From the NCBI GenBank assembly GCA_015520265.1, contig WAQK01000094.1, forward strand, positions 28,555 to 92,554: a DNA stretch of 64,000 nt, read 5' to 3'. This document shows positions 35,466-43,252 of the stretch, in pieces. The position numbers and the translations under genes are program-made. Each line of letters opens with the position of its first letter. The first letter of the stretch is position 1. The notes beneath the pieces were generated by a model. That model was given only the letters and a program-made list of their open reading frames with translations, was not told where the DNA came from and ran no database searches. The stretch is from Pyrodictiaceae archaeon. GTDB lineage: Archaea > Thermoproteota > Thermoprotei_A > Sulfolobales > WAQK01.

Positions 35466-36798
35466 GTTTTCTCTGGAGGGCCTCGGCTGCCGCGAAGAGA
35501 GGCGTGTAGATCTCGCTGAATCTCGGCATGTAGGCCGTCTCGAGGTTCAGTAGGTCTGTCAGCGTTGCTTCCTTTTGTATAAGCGCTGAGACGACGTCTA
35601 TGTACTTGGAGAGATCCACGGGCCCGGCCAGCTGCGCCCCCAGGAGCCTGCCTGTATCTTCGTCGACCACAAGCTTCACAGTGACCCTGGAGGAGCCCTC
35701 CACGTAGGGTGGCTTGTCGAGGGCCTGGACCCTCACGGATACAGGCTTGTACCCGGCGTTTATGGCCTGCTTCTCGGTGAGACCCACCCCACCCACATTG
35801 GTCACGAATAGGTGTATGAGCCAGGGAACCAGGGTTCCCCTATAGATGGCTGAGCCCCCGGCAGCGTTTATCCCTGCCACCCTGCCCTGCCTGAAAGCCG
35901 TGCTCGCAAACATGCTTAGAGTCTTAGCCCCAGTGAGCAGGTTGGTGGCCTCCACTGCGTCGCCAGCAGCATATATTCCGGGGACACTGGTCTCCATGTG
36001 TTCATCCACCTCTATCCCGCCCAGCTCGCCTAGCCTGATCCCTGCAGTCTCTGCCAACCTGGTTTCTGGCCTCATGCCGGCGGCTATCACCATGAGGTCG
36101 GCGTCCATGCTCCTCTTCTCCGTCTCAACCCTGATGCCGCTGCTGGCAGGTCTAGCGGACGATACAGGTTCGGAGAGGTGCAGCTCTACGCCCTCCTGTT
36201 TTAGAAGCTTCTCTACGCCCCTGGCCATCTCCCGGTCCAGTACTCCTGGAAGCGCCTGTTGGAAGAGCTCAAAGACGTGGACCTCCAGCCCGAGCCTTCT
36301 CAACGCCATGGCGACTTCGAGCCCTATGGCGCCAGCCCCCACGACCACGGCCCTCCTGGAACCCTGGGCAGCCTTTCTAACCTTCTCGCCGTCCTCAACG
36401 TTCTTAACGGTGAACACCCTCTCGTGGCCTGCAATATCGCGTAGAGGCGGCGGCACGGCGGGCCTGGAGCCCGTGGCCAGTATGAGGTTATCGTACTCCA
36501 GGAGGGATCCGTCGTCCAGTTCCACCGTTCTGGCTGAGGCGTCTATCCTGGCTGCCCTCCTACCCGTGATCATGGTGATGCCCGCGGAAAGAGGCTGCTC
36601 CTCCCTGAGCTTGTCGAAGCTCACCTCGCCAGCTATAGCCTCGGGGATGGAGCATGGATGGTAGACAGGGTAGCTGCGCGCCTCGACGACCGTGACGTCA
36701 CATCTCCTGCAACGGAGCTTAGCGTAGGCTGCTGCGGTGGACCCGGCGGTGCCGTATCCAACTATCAGTATACGTTTTTTCAACTCTATTGCCACCAA
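35440..36798 (-). CDS. Pyridine nucleotide-disulfide oxidoreductase, NADH oxidase / CoA-disulfide reductase family
   Basis: FAD motif ILIVGYGTAGSTAA, redox Cys in YHPCSIPE, and NAD motif VVVGAGAIGLEVA. Confidence 0.8.
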   Translation of the reverse strand: MVAIELKKRILIVGYGTAGSTAAAYAKLRCRRCDVTVVEARSYPVYHPCSIPEAIAGEVSFDKLREEQPLSAGITMITGRRAARIDASARTVELDDGSLLEYDNLILATGSRPAVPPPLRDIAGHERVFTVKNVEDGEKVRKAAQGSRRAVVVGAGAIGLEVAMALRRLGLEVHVFELFQQALPGVLDREMARGVEKLLKQEGVELHLSEPVSSARPASSGIRVETEKRSMDADLMVIAAGMRPETRLAETAGIRLGELGGIEVDEHMETSVPGIYAAGDAVEATNLLTGAKTLSMFASTAFRQGRVAGINAAGGSAIYRGTLVPWLIHLFVTNVGGVGLTEKQAINAGYKPVSVRVQALDKPPYVEGSSRVTVKLVVDEDTGRLLGAQLAGPVDLSKYIDVVSALIQKEATLTDLLNLETAYMPRFSEIYTPLFAAAEALQRKLTRLAARS

Positions 36799-36923
36799 TG
36801 TTTAATGTGGTGCGACCGTTTTTAAAGTTCTGTGTTCACTCAATGCATAAAAATGGTTACGAATCAAATAAGGTAGATTAAAGTTTAATAAACCCCTTCG
36901 TTGATCCTAGCGGGGGGCTTAAC

Positions 36924-37355
36924 TTGGAGGACAAGGAGCTCGAGGAGATCCTGGAGAAGCTGTACAGGAAATACGTGAAGGGGGGAGAGCAAGCCGAGGA
37001 GGAGCCCGGCGACCCCGTGGTCGAGTCGCAGGGCTGGGACAACTTCCTCAAACTAGTTAAGGAGAAGAAACTTGTGGTGGCCGTGGTCACGTCGCCAACC
37101 TGCAGCGCCTGCATGTTCTACATCCCCATATTCACCGAGTACGCGTCGAGAAACAGGGCGCGGGGTGTGGTATACGTGATAGTCGACGTCTACAGGGACC
37201 CCGAAACCGCCTACGCACTCGGAGTCATGGCGACACCCACCACACTGATATTCCACAAGGGTGAGCTCGTCGATGGCTTCGTTGGCGCAGTGAGCTACGA
37301 GGACCTCGAGGCCAGGGTAGGCCGCTGGCTTAGGAGGGTGGAGGAAGAAGAATAA
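36924..37355 (+). CDS. Thioredoxin-like protein (CSAC active site)
   Basis: VVAVVTSPTCSACMFYIPIF plus a thioredoxin-fold remainder (ATPTTLIFHKGE). TTG start. It is divergent from the NADH oxidase gene. Confidence 0.75.
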   Translation: MEDKELEEILEKLYRKYVKGGEQAEEEPGDPVVESQGWDNFLKLVKEKKLVVAVVTSPTCSACMFYIPIFTEYASRNRARGVVYVIVDVYRDPETAYALGVMATPTTLIFHKGELVDGFVGAVSYEDLEARVGRWLRRVEEEE

Positions 37356-37368
37356 TAAAGCAGGCCTG

Positions 37369-37962
37369 CTATGCATCCATCTTCGCCAATATGGCCTTCA
37401 ACTTCTCGAGAAACGCTTCGGGATCCTCAGGGCTCAACATGTACTGGGTCCCACTACGTGTTCTTAGGAGGACCACGTTGTGCCTATTTGTCACATAGAC
37501 CCAGACCCTGCCTAGGTCTCTAAATTTGAAGAGGCCGAAGTACCCGTAGAGGCCGCCGCTTGCATAGAGCCTTATGCCAGCCCAGCTCCAGCTTATCCTC
37601 TTAGCCTCCTCGATCTCGGTGTAAGGTATTTCGAAGCTTCTCCATATCCTCCTGATAACTATCCCGCTTAACGTTAGTTCATAGCTTCTAGGAGAGAAGG
37701 GAAGCAGGCCTAACAACACGCCAAAGGACACCCCGACAGTCGCCAGCAGAGCGGCTATCAGTTCAAGGGTGCTGGAAACCTCTTCAGGTAGCCTGGAGAC
37801 CACTATTGATACTATGGCTACTATGCCTACCCATACGGCAATAGTTATGGATCTTGTTAGGCCGTCATATGTAGCTTTTGAGCGATATAGTATTGGTGAG
37901 CCCAGAGAGTCTAGGGGCAAGGATCTTGGCGGTATTCTGCAGAAACTGAAGATATCCACCAT
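37369..37962 (-). CDS. Hypothetical membrane protein with a bacterial-type PH (bPH_2-like) domain
   Basis: Two TM helices followed by LTLSGIVIRRIWRSFEIPYTEIEEAK...VWVYVTN. Confidence 0.5.
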   Translation of the reverse strand: MVDIFSFCRIPPRSLPLDSLGSPILYRSKATYDGLTRSITIAVWVGIVAIVSIVVSRLPEEVSSTLELIAALLATVGVSFGVLLGLLPFSPRSYELTLSGIVIRRIWRSFEIPYTEIEEAKRISWSWAGIRLYASGGLYGYFGLFKFRDLGRVWVYVTNRHNVVLLRTRSGTQYMLSPEDPEAFLEKLKAILAKMDA

Positions 37963-37966
37963 ACTG

Positions 37967-38416
37967 CTATCCCTCCCCTAGAAGCTTGTTGAAAAATATC
38001 TCAGCCAGCTTGGATGGATCAAGCCCTGCATCTATCGGGAGCCTTACCCCTCTCTCCTCGGCCTCGTTGACCAGGATCCTTATACAGTCGTCGCGTAGGG
38101 GGCATGTCTTGCAGTCTCCCTCATGTTTGAACCATATTTGTAACCCATTTCTAGAGGAGAATGTTATGTAAACCTCCGTCTTAAGCCATGGGCTCCATCC
38201 GATGAGAATGCCTTTTCTTGCATCGATCTTCCTTATTTCAACCTTGGAAGCAGCGGCGGCCGAGATTAGTGCCCTGTATATCTTGTTTTCCACGGCCTGA
38301 AGGTTCTTATGAATGGCTTGACGTGAAACGCCAAGTCTTGAAGCTATCTCGCTTATACTTAAGCCGCGCTGCCGCATCCTCCAAAGGGAGAGCTGTCTAT
38401 CAGTAAGCTGCAGCAT
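37967..38416 (-). CDS. tfx: Tfx-family DNA-binding protein
   Basis: LTDRQLSLWRMRQRGLSISEIASRLGVSRQAIHKNLQAVENKIYRA (sigma-70 region 4/LuxR-like HTH typical of Tfx) plus the Tfx C-terminal domain. Confidence 0.75.
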   Translation of the reverse strand: MLQLTDRQLSLWRMRQRGLSISEIASRLGVSRQAIHKNLQAVENKIYRALISAAAASKVEIRKIDARKGILIGWSPWLKTEVYITFSSRNGLQIWFKHEGDCKTCPLRDDCIRILVNEAEERGVRLPIDAGLDPSKLAEIFFNKLLGEG

Positions 38417-38420
38417 CTTC

Positions 38421-38458
38421 CTATGTCAACCTCTGTAAACCAAAATAGGTTGACATAG
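38421..38458. promoter_or_regulatory. Perfect 12-bp inverted repeat CTATGTCAACCT-N14-AGGTTGACATAG between a TATA-like box and the tfx start
   Basis: Read directly. The arms are at 38421-38432 and 38447-38458. TTTTATAA (minus strand, 38460-38467) lies immediately upstream, and the ATG at 38416 is 5 nt downstream. Confidence 0.55.
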
Positions 38459-38491
38459 TTATAAAATTTACGCATCCCGTTATACTATGTA

Positions 38492-39127
38492 TTAGTGGTG
38501 TGGTCCCGAAACCACATATATCCTGCTAGCCACCTCATAGTCCAGAGCAACTTGGGTGTTTCCTACCTGAACTATGTAGGCGGGGAACCTCTTCAGCACG
38601 GTAACCCTTCTACCCGGCCTTAGGCCCAGATTCATTAGCCTGGTCATGACCTGGGGGTTCTCCACATAGATGTAGCTGATCCTCCCAGATCCTCCCTCCT
38701 CGAGCTCGGTGAGGGGGTGAACCACTGTTTCTACATATCGTTTACCCGACAGGCAGCATCCGCCCGGAGGTATTGGTTTACCGTGGGGACATAGCCTCGG
38801 ATGCCCAAGCAGGGTGCAGACTGCTTCTTCCAGCTCCTCTGGTATAAGGTGCTCCACCCTGCATGCCACCCTTTCATAGACCTCCTCCTCCATGCCCAAC
38901 ACGTCAGAGAGCAGCCGCTCGGTGAGCCTATGGAGCCTGACCAGCTTCCTGCCCACCCTTTCGCCCTCATTCGTTAAGACTATGCGGCCGCCCTCTCTGC
39001 GCACATATCCAGCCTTCTCTAGCTCCTCTAGGTCGTAAGGGCTCAGCTCCTTATCTCCTACCTCGCGGCCCTCCTCCTTGATGGCTATCCAGAGGTCCCT
39101 AACCAGGTTTTCCAGCTTCTCGCTCAT
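38492..39127 (-). CDS. DtxR/MntR-family metal-dependent repressor with a C-terminal FeoA (SH3-like) domain
   Basis: wHTH N-terminus, a metal-binding/dimerisation region (HRLTERLLSDVLGM...RVEHLIPEELEEAVCTLLGHPRLCPHGKPIP), and a FeoA-like C-terminus (GRRVTVLKRFP..VQVGNTQVALD). Confidence 0.85.
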   Translation of the reverse strand: MSEKLENLVRDLWIAIKEEGREVGDKELSPYDLEELEKAGYVRREGGRIVLTNEGERVGRKLVRLHRLTERLLSDVLGMEEEVYERVACRVEHLIPEELEEAVCTLLGHPRLCPHGKPIPPGGCCLSGKRYVETVVHPLTELEEGGSGRISYIYVENPQVMTRLMNLGLRPGRRVTVLKRFPAYIVQVGNTQVALDYEVASRIYVVSGPHH

Positions 39128-39294
39128 CTCTTCAACAACCTCGCGAGGAACGGTTTCCTCGTATCAGGGATAAATTCGTACCCGCAGTTGGGACATCTAA
39201 CCATGTTACATCCTCCCCTCAGCGGGCATCCCCTACACCCCGTGGTTTCCGCCTCTTCGAACCTGTAGCCGCACAGGGGGCATTTGAGGGTCAA
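39124..39294 (-). CDS. Small Cys-rich protein (56 aa, three CxxC pairs), absent from the ORF track (under 60 aa)
   Basis: My own translation of the minus strand: (M)TLKCPLCGYRFEEAETTGCRGCPLRGGCNMVRCPNCGYEFIPDTRKPFLARLLKR*. The TTG start is 2 nt after the feoB stop. The stop overlaps the dtxR-like ATG (ATGA). Confidence 0.5.
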   Translation of the reverse strand: MTLKCPLCGYRFEEAETTGCRGCPLRGGCNMVRCPNCGYEFIPDTRKPFLARLLKR

Positions 39295-39296
39295 CC

Positions 39297-41258
39297 CTAC
39301 ACACCTGCTAGAATCATGATCTGGTTGACTATGTAGCCGACGGCGAACGCCACGGTGACCGCCAGTATGAATATGGCTACCGCGGTCTTTAAGCCCCGCT
39401 CACGGAGCATCACCAGGAACTGCGCTATGCATGGCACGAACAGCGTAATGGTAACTACCGAGACCAGTATTTGCCTGTAGCTCATCAACCCCTCCATAGC
39501 CAGGTCGTAAAGGCCTGCCGCGCCATAGTCTCTCCGGAAAAACCCGTAGAGGAACGCGACCGCGGATTCTCTAGGAAGCCCTATTAGTTCTACCGGAACG
39601 GCCAGGGCCGAGATAACCATGTCAAAAACCCCTGTGAGTCTCCCCGCCCATATTAGTACGCTGGCCAACACGAAGAGCGGTATCACTTCCTTCAAGTACC
39701 ATTCAAGCCGTACAAGGGTCTTCATGGCCATGTTCCGGGGTGATGGTATCCTTAGAGGTGGTAGCTCCATTATGAAGAAGGGGGTCTCGCCTGGCACAAG
39801 TTTTGAGGCAATATACGCTACGACCATCAGGACGCCGGAAACTACGAGTACCCATATGAGGAGGGCGTGAAGCCCGGGCAGCATAGCCATAACTACACCT
39901 AGCTGCGCTGAGCACGGTATGCCTAAAGCCAGCATGAGAGTAGCCAGTATTTTTTCTCTCCTGGTTTCGAGGATTCTGGTAGTAACGGTGGCCATGGTGT
40001 CACATCCCAGACCCAGGACTAAGGGTATGACAGCCTTTCCACTGAGGCCCAGCTTCTTCAGCACCCTATCAATGAGGAGGGCTAGCCTGGGAAGGTAGCC
40101 TGAATCCTCGATTATGGAGAAGGCTATGAAGAAGAATGAGACTATGGGCAGTATTATGGCGAAGGCGTACCTGAGGCCCAGAGTAACTATGCCGTAGTCG
40201 CCTCCCACGAGCTCGTAGAGCCACTTGTAGGGCAGTCTCTCCTCGAGGAAGGAGTTTAGGGCAGGGTTGATAGCGCCTTCGAACACCTTCTCCTCCAGGA
40301 AATCGACAACCATCTGGGCTCCTACCACGCCGACGAACAGGTAGAGCGCCACCAGCACAGCCGCCAGGACCAGTGTGCCGGTGACAGGGTTCACCAGGAA
40401 TTCGTCCAGCCTGCCCATAGGCCTAGGCGCCGGCCTCACGGCTAGGAGGACGTGCTTCAGAATCTCATCGGTTATCCTCGCCAAGCGGTACTCCAAGGCC
40501 TGCCTGACACCCTGCCTCGACACAGCTTCGAGGAGAGCTGTAATCCTGCGGGGCTCCGCCTCGGCCCTGGATACCATTTTGAGGGCCTCCTCATCGCCGA
40601 GGAGCAGCAGGATAGCCAGTAGCCTCTTGGAGACGGGATAATCTGCGGTGAGAACACTTGCTACCCTCCTGATGGCATCCTCCAGCTCGTCTCCCAGGTT
40701 TACCTGTAGACCTTTGGGCCTCCCTCTAAGCGCCTGCAACATGGCGCTCCGCAGCTCATCTATGCCGATACCTCTCACTGCAATGGTGGGAACCACGGGG
40801 ATGCCGAGCCTCCTCTCGAGTTCTTCGAAGTTGGCCCGGTAGCCCAGCTTCTCCAGCTCATCCACGGCATTGACTGCGAGGACCACCCTATAGCCTCCCT
40901 GGATTAGGAGCAGTGTTAGTGGAAGCATTCGGTCCATGTTGGATGCATCCACAACGTGTACTACCAGGTCTGGCTGCGTCTCGAAGAGCATCTTTCGGGA
41001 GACTTTCTCGTCCTCGGTTACAGCGTATATAGAACCCATCCCCGGCGTGTCCACGAGGGTGACCTCGACGCCATCCAGGTGGGCCCGGCCTATGCTTATA
41101 TCAACGGTTGTCCCGGGATAGTTGGAGATCCAGGCATACTTGCCTGTGAGTCTGTAGAAGAGAGTGCTTTTCCCCACGTTGGGGCTGCCTATCAGCAACA
41201 CTATGGGTCTCTTGAACTCGCCGCTACTGCGGTGATGGTGGTGCAAGGCGGGCCCCAC
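39297..41258 (-). CDS. feoB: Ferrous iron transporter FeoB
   Basis: G-domain IVLLIGSPNVGKSTLFYRLTG, DTPG, and a polytopic C-terminal membrane domain. With GTG 41258 the N-terminus carries HHHH. A later start is possible. Confidence 0.9.
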   Translation of the reverse strand: MGPALHHHHRSSGEFKRPIVLLIGSPNVGKSTLFYRLTGKYAWISNYPGTTVDISIGRAHLDGVEVTLVDTPGMGSIYAVTEDEKVSRKMLFETQPDLVVHVVDASNMDRMLPLTLLLIQGGYRVVLAVNAVDELEKLGYRANFEELERRLGIPVVPTIAVRGIGIDELRSAMLQALRGRPKGLQVNLGDELEDAIRRVASVLTADYPVSKRLLAILLLLGDEEALKMVSRAEAEPRRITALLEAVSRQGVRQALEYRLARITDEILKHVLLAVRPAPRPMGRLDEFLVNPVTGTLVLAAVLVALYLFVGVVGAQMVVDFLEEKVFEGAINPALNSFLEERLPYKWLYELVGGDYGIVTLGLRYAFAIILPIVSFFFIAFSIIEDSGYLPRLALLIDRVLKKLGLSGKAVIPLVLGLGCDTMATVTTRILETRREKILATLMLALGIPCSAQLGVVMAMLPGLHALLIWVLVVSGVLMVVAYIASKLVPGETPFFIMELPPLRIPSPRNMAMKTLVRLEWYLKEVIPLFVLASVLIWAGRLTGVFDMVISALAVPVELIGLPRESAVAFLYGFFRRDYGAAGLYDLAMEGLMSYRQILVSVVTITLFVPCIAQFLVMLRERGLKTAVAIFILAVTVAFAVGYIVNQIMILAGV

Positions 41259-41260
41259 TT

Positions 41261-41274
41261 TTAGGTTTACCTAA
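41261..41274. promoter_or_regulatory. Palindrome TTAGGTttACCTAA (iron-box-like candidate DtxR operator) upstream of feoB
   Basis: Read directly. It lies 3 nt upstream of the feoB GTG and about 30 nt downstream of a TATA-like GTTTATATT (minus strand, 41302-41310). The half-sites match the outer half-sites of the DtxR/IdeR consensus TTAGGTTAGCCTAACCTAA. Confidence 0.5.
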
Positions 41275-41435
41275 TTCAGGAATTGTAACATTGGGAGCGC
41301 CAATATAAACCTTCACCGAGAGCGTTATGGGAGGCTAATATACTACTATCATTTAACACACGTATAAGCTTGAAAAACTACATGTTAACGGAGATCGTAA
41401 AAAATTAATCCACGCTGCGACTATAGTATATAGGG

Positions 41436-41624
41436 GTGCTATTTTTGCACGTGGCTACTGCTAAGTCCAAGTTGTTGCGGTGCGAAGAGTACTGCCAAGA
41501 GAAGTGTGAGCGTACGGGCCTTAAGGGTGACAGCTACCTGACATGTGTCGATGAGTGCCTCAACGATTGCGCTGAGTACCAGGAGGCAGCCAGAATACAT
41601 AGGGTTGGCATGCGCCGCTGTTAA
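41436..41624 (+). CDS. Possible small Cys-rich protein (62 aa)
   Basis: GTG-start ORF after an AT-rich promoter-like region. It has 8 Cys (CEEYCQEKCE...CVDECLNDC...C). It overlaps the convergent ABC ATPase stop by 4 nt. Support is weak. Confidence 0.3.
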   Translation: MLFLHVATAKSKLLRCEEYCQEKCERTGLKGDSYLTCVDECLNDCAEYQEAARIHRVGMRRC

Positions 41625-42376
41625 CCCTTCAACCTATTTTTGGCGAACTGTTCTACAGCCCTGACATAAGCCTCCTCGAGGTTTGCAGCATCAAACATTT
41701 CCATAACCTCCCGCGGAGTGCCCTGAACTATTATGGTTCCACGGTTAATCATGGCTATTCGGTCGCATAGGTACTCGACCTCCAGCATGTTGTGGCTGGA
41801 GAGGAGCGTCGCGGTCACTGTTTCTCGCGTGTGCTGCTTGATCGCTTTTCTTACTTCTACTGCGTGGTATACGTCGAGCCCGCTGGTTGGTTCGTCCAGT
41901 ATGGCCAGTTTAGGTCTAACCATAAGGGTGCGTGCTAGTAGCAGGCGGCGCCTCATGCCTTTACTGTACTCGGAGACCCTGTCCCAGATCCTTTCCCCCA
42001 GGCCTGAGAGCTTGGCGCCATACTCGGCCATTTTGCGGGCTTCCTTCCTGTCGGTCGTGTATAGCATGGCGTAAAAGTAGAGGTTCTCGAAGCCGGTTAA
42101 CCTCTCATAGGCGTCGGCCTCTTCGGGCAGGTATCCTATCAGTTTTCTGACCTTGTCGGGTTCTTTTGTTACGCTGTGTCCGTAGATTTGGGCGTCTCCT
42201 GCGTCGGGTTTGAGGAGGGTTGCTATGATCCTGAGAGTCGTCGTCTTGCCTGCGCCGTTGGGCCCGATAAGCCCGAAAACCTCGCCGACCTTGACCTCGA
42301 AGCTCACGCCTCTGAGGGCCACTTTGCCGCCGTAGCTCTTCCTCAGGTCCCTGACCATCAGCGCGTACTGTGTCAT
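41621..42376 (-). CDS. ABC transporter ATP-binding protein (ABC-2 / DrrA-like exporter type)
   Basis: Walker A GPNGAGKTT, signature YSKGMRRRLLLARTL, and Walker B AILDEPTSGLD. Confidence 0.85.
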   Translation of the reverse strand: MTQYALMVRDLRKSYGGKVALRGVSFEVKVGEVFGLIGPNGAGKTTTLRIIATLLKPDAGDAQIYGHSVTKEPDKVRKLIGYLPEEADAYERLTGFENLYFYAMLYTTDRKEARKMAEYGAKLSGLGERIWDRVSEYSKGMRRRLLLARTLMVRPKLAILDEPTSGLDVYHAVEVRKAIKQHTRETVTATLLSSHNMLEVEYLCDRIAMINRGTIIVQGTPREVMEMFDAANLEEAYVRAVEQFAKNRLKG

Positions 42377-42426
42377 ACTCCTCTACCGCCTAGAACTAGT
42401 GGGTAGGCAGGGCTTAAATAGTAGCC

Positions 42427-42466
42427 CGTGGCCGGTATTAAAAAGGTAATACCGATTATGGCCACG
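42427..42466. promoter_or_regulatory. Nested inverted repeat CGTGGCC-GGTATTA-aaaagg-TAATACC-gattat-GGCCACG in a divergent intergenic region
   Basis: Read directly. There are two 7-bp perfect stems, and the inner loop region is TATA-like (ATTAAAAAGG). Confidence 0.45.
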
Positions 42467-42544
42467 TGCAAAAACCCCAAATACCCGGCCTGACTAATCC
42501 TCCCCGCGCACCTCCCCTGAAGCCCCGGGTGTGGGGGGCTCATT

Positions 42545-43234
42545 ATGATTATGGGTGTACGCGAGCGGACGCTGGACGCGCTTGCCAGGTACGGCGAGAG
42601 GGCCCTCATGGTGCTCAAGCTGGCCCTCAAGATAGCTGACTCCAACACCGGGCCAAAGATCTTCGGCGAGTTCGACTACAAGTCCCTCGTGAGGGCCATC
42701 AGGGAGCTGGGCGTTGACTATAACCCGTCACCCCTTCTCAGGAGCCTGGAGAGGGAGTACGCCATAATCGAAACCACTTATCACAGCAGCACAAGGCACT
42801 GGTGGAGGTTCGTCGACAGGGAGGCCGTGAGAGAGGCCCTAGCCATATATGAGCATGGGAGCCCCCTCTACGAGGAGCCTAAGGACCCCAGGGTCAAGGC
42901 GTTGAAGGCCCAGGTAGCGGCGCTGGAGCCTGAAAGACTCCTCGCTGTTCTAAGGGAACTCAGCGCCAAGGAGAGGCTGAGCGAGGGGGACAAGAGGGTC
43001 TACAGGGTCATAGTCTTCAACGAGCTAGAACTAGCTGTAGAGCTTCTCGAGAAAATAGTGGACGGGGGCTATGACAGGCTCCTCCCTAAGGAGGCCGAAA
43101 TGCTGGCCGAAATAGTGGATCTCAGCTACAAGGTTGCCGAAAAACTTGCCGGAACCCCTGCCGAGAGGCCAGCAAGAGCCAGGCTCCTCCGGGTGGCGGC
43201 CAGACGTGAACCACTTAATACGAGTTTCTACTAA
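42545..43234 (+). CDS. Hypothetical protein (helical, possible winged-helix N-terminus)
   Basis: 229-aa ORF with typical codon usage. I recognise no motif. Confidence 0.5.
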   Translation: MIMGVRERTLDALARYGERALMVLKLALKIADSNTGPKIFGEFDYKSLVRAIRELGVDYNPSPLLRSLEREYAIIETTYHSSTRHWWRFVDREAVREALAIYEHGSPLYEEPKDPRVKALKAQVAALEPERLLAVLRELSAKERLSEGDKRVYRVIVFNELELAVELLEKIVDGGYDRLLPKEAEMLAEIVDLSYKVAEKLAGTPAERPARARLLRVAARREPLNTSFY

Positions 43235-43252
43235 ACCCATACCCGGAGCCCG

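Noticed and set aside
35846-36664. A 272-aa plus-strand ORF antisense to the NADH oxidase gene.
   Set aside because: The product is low-complexity and rich in Ser/Ala/Pro/Thr/Leu, with no motifs. It fully overlaps a well-supported gene that has clear FAD/NAD motifs. Long stop-free antisense frames are expected in GC-rich, GC3-biased genes.
42373-42648. A 91-aa minus-strand ORF upstream of the orphan ABC ATPase, considered as a possible missing permease.
   Set aside because: It is far too short for an ABC-2 permease. It overlaps the start of the plus-strand gene at 42545 and spans the palindromic intergenic element. Its composition looks non-coding.
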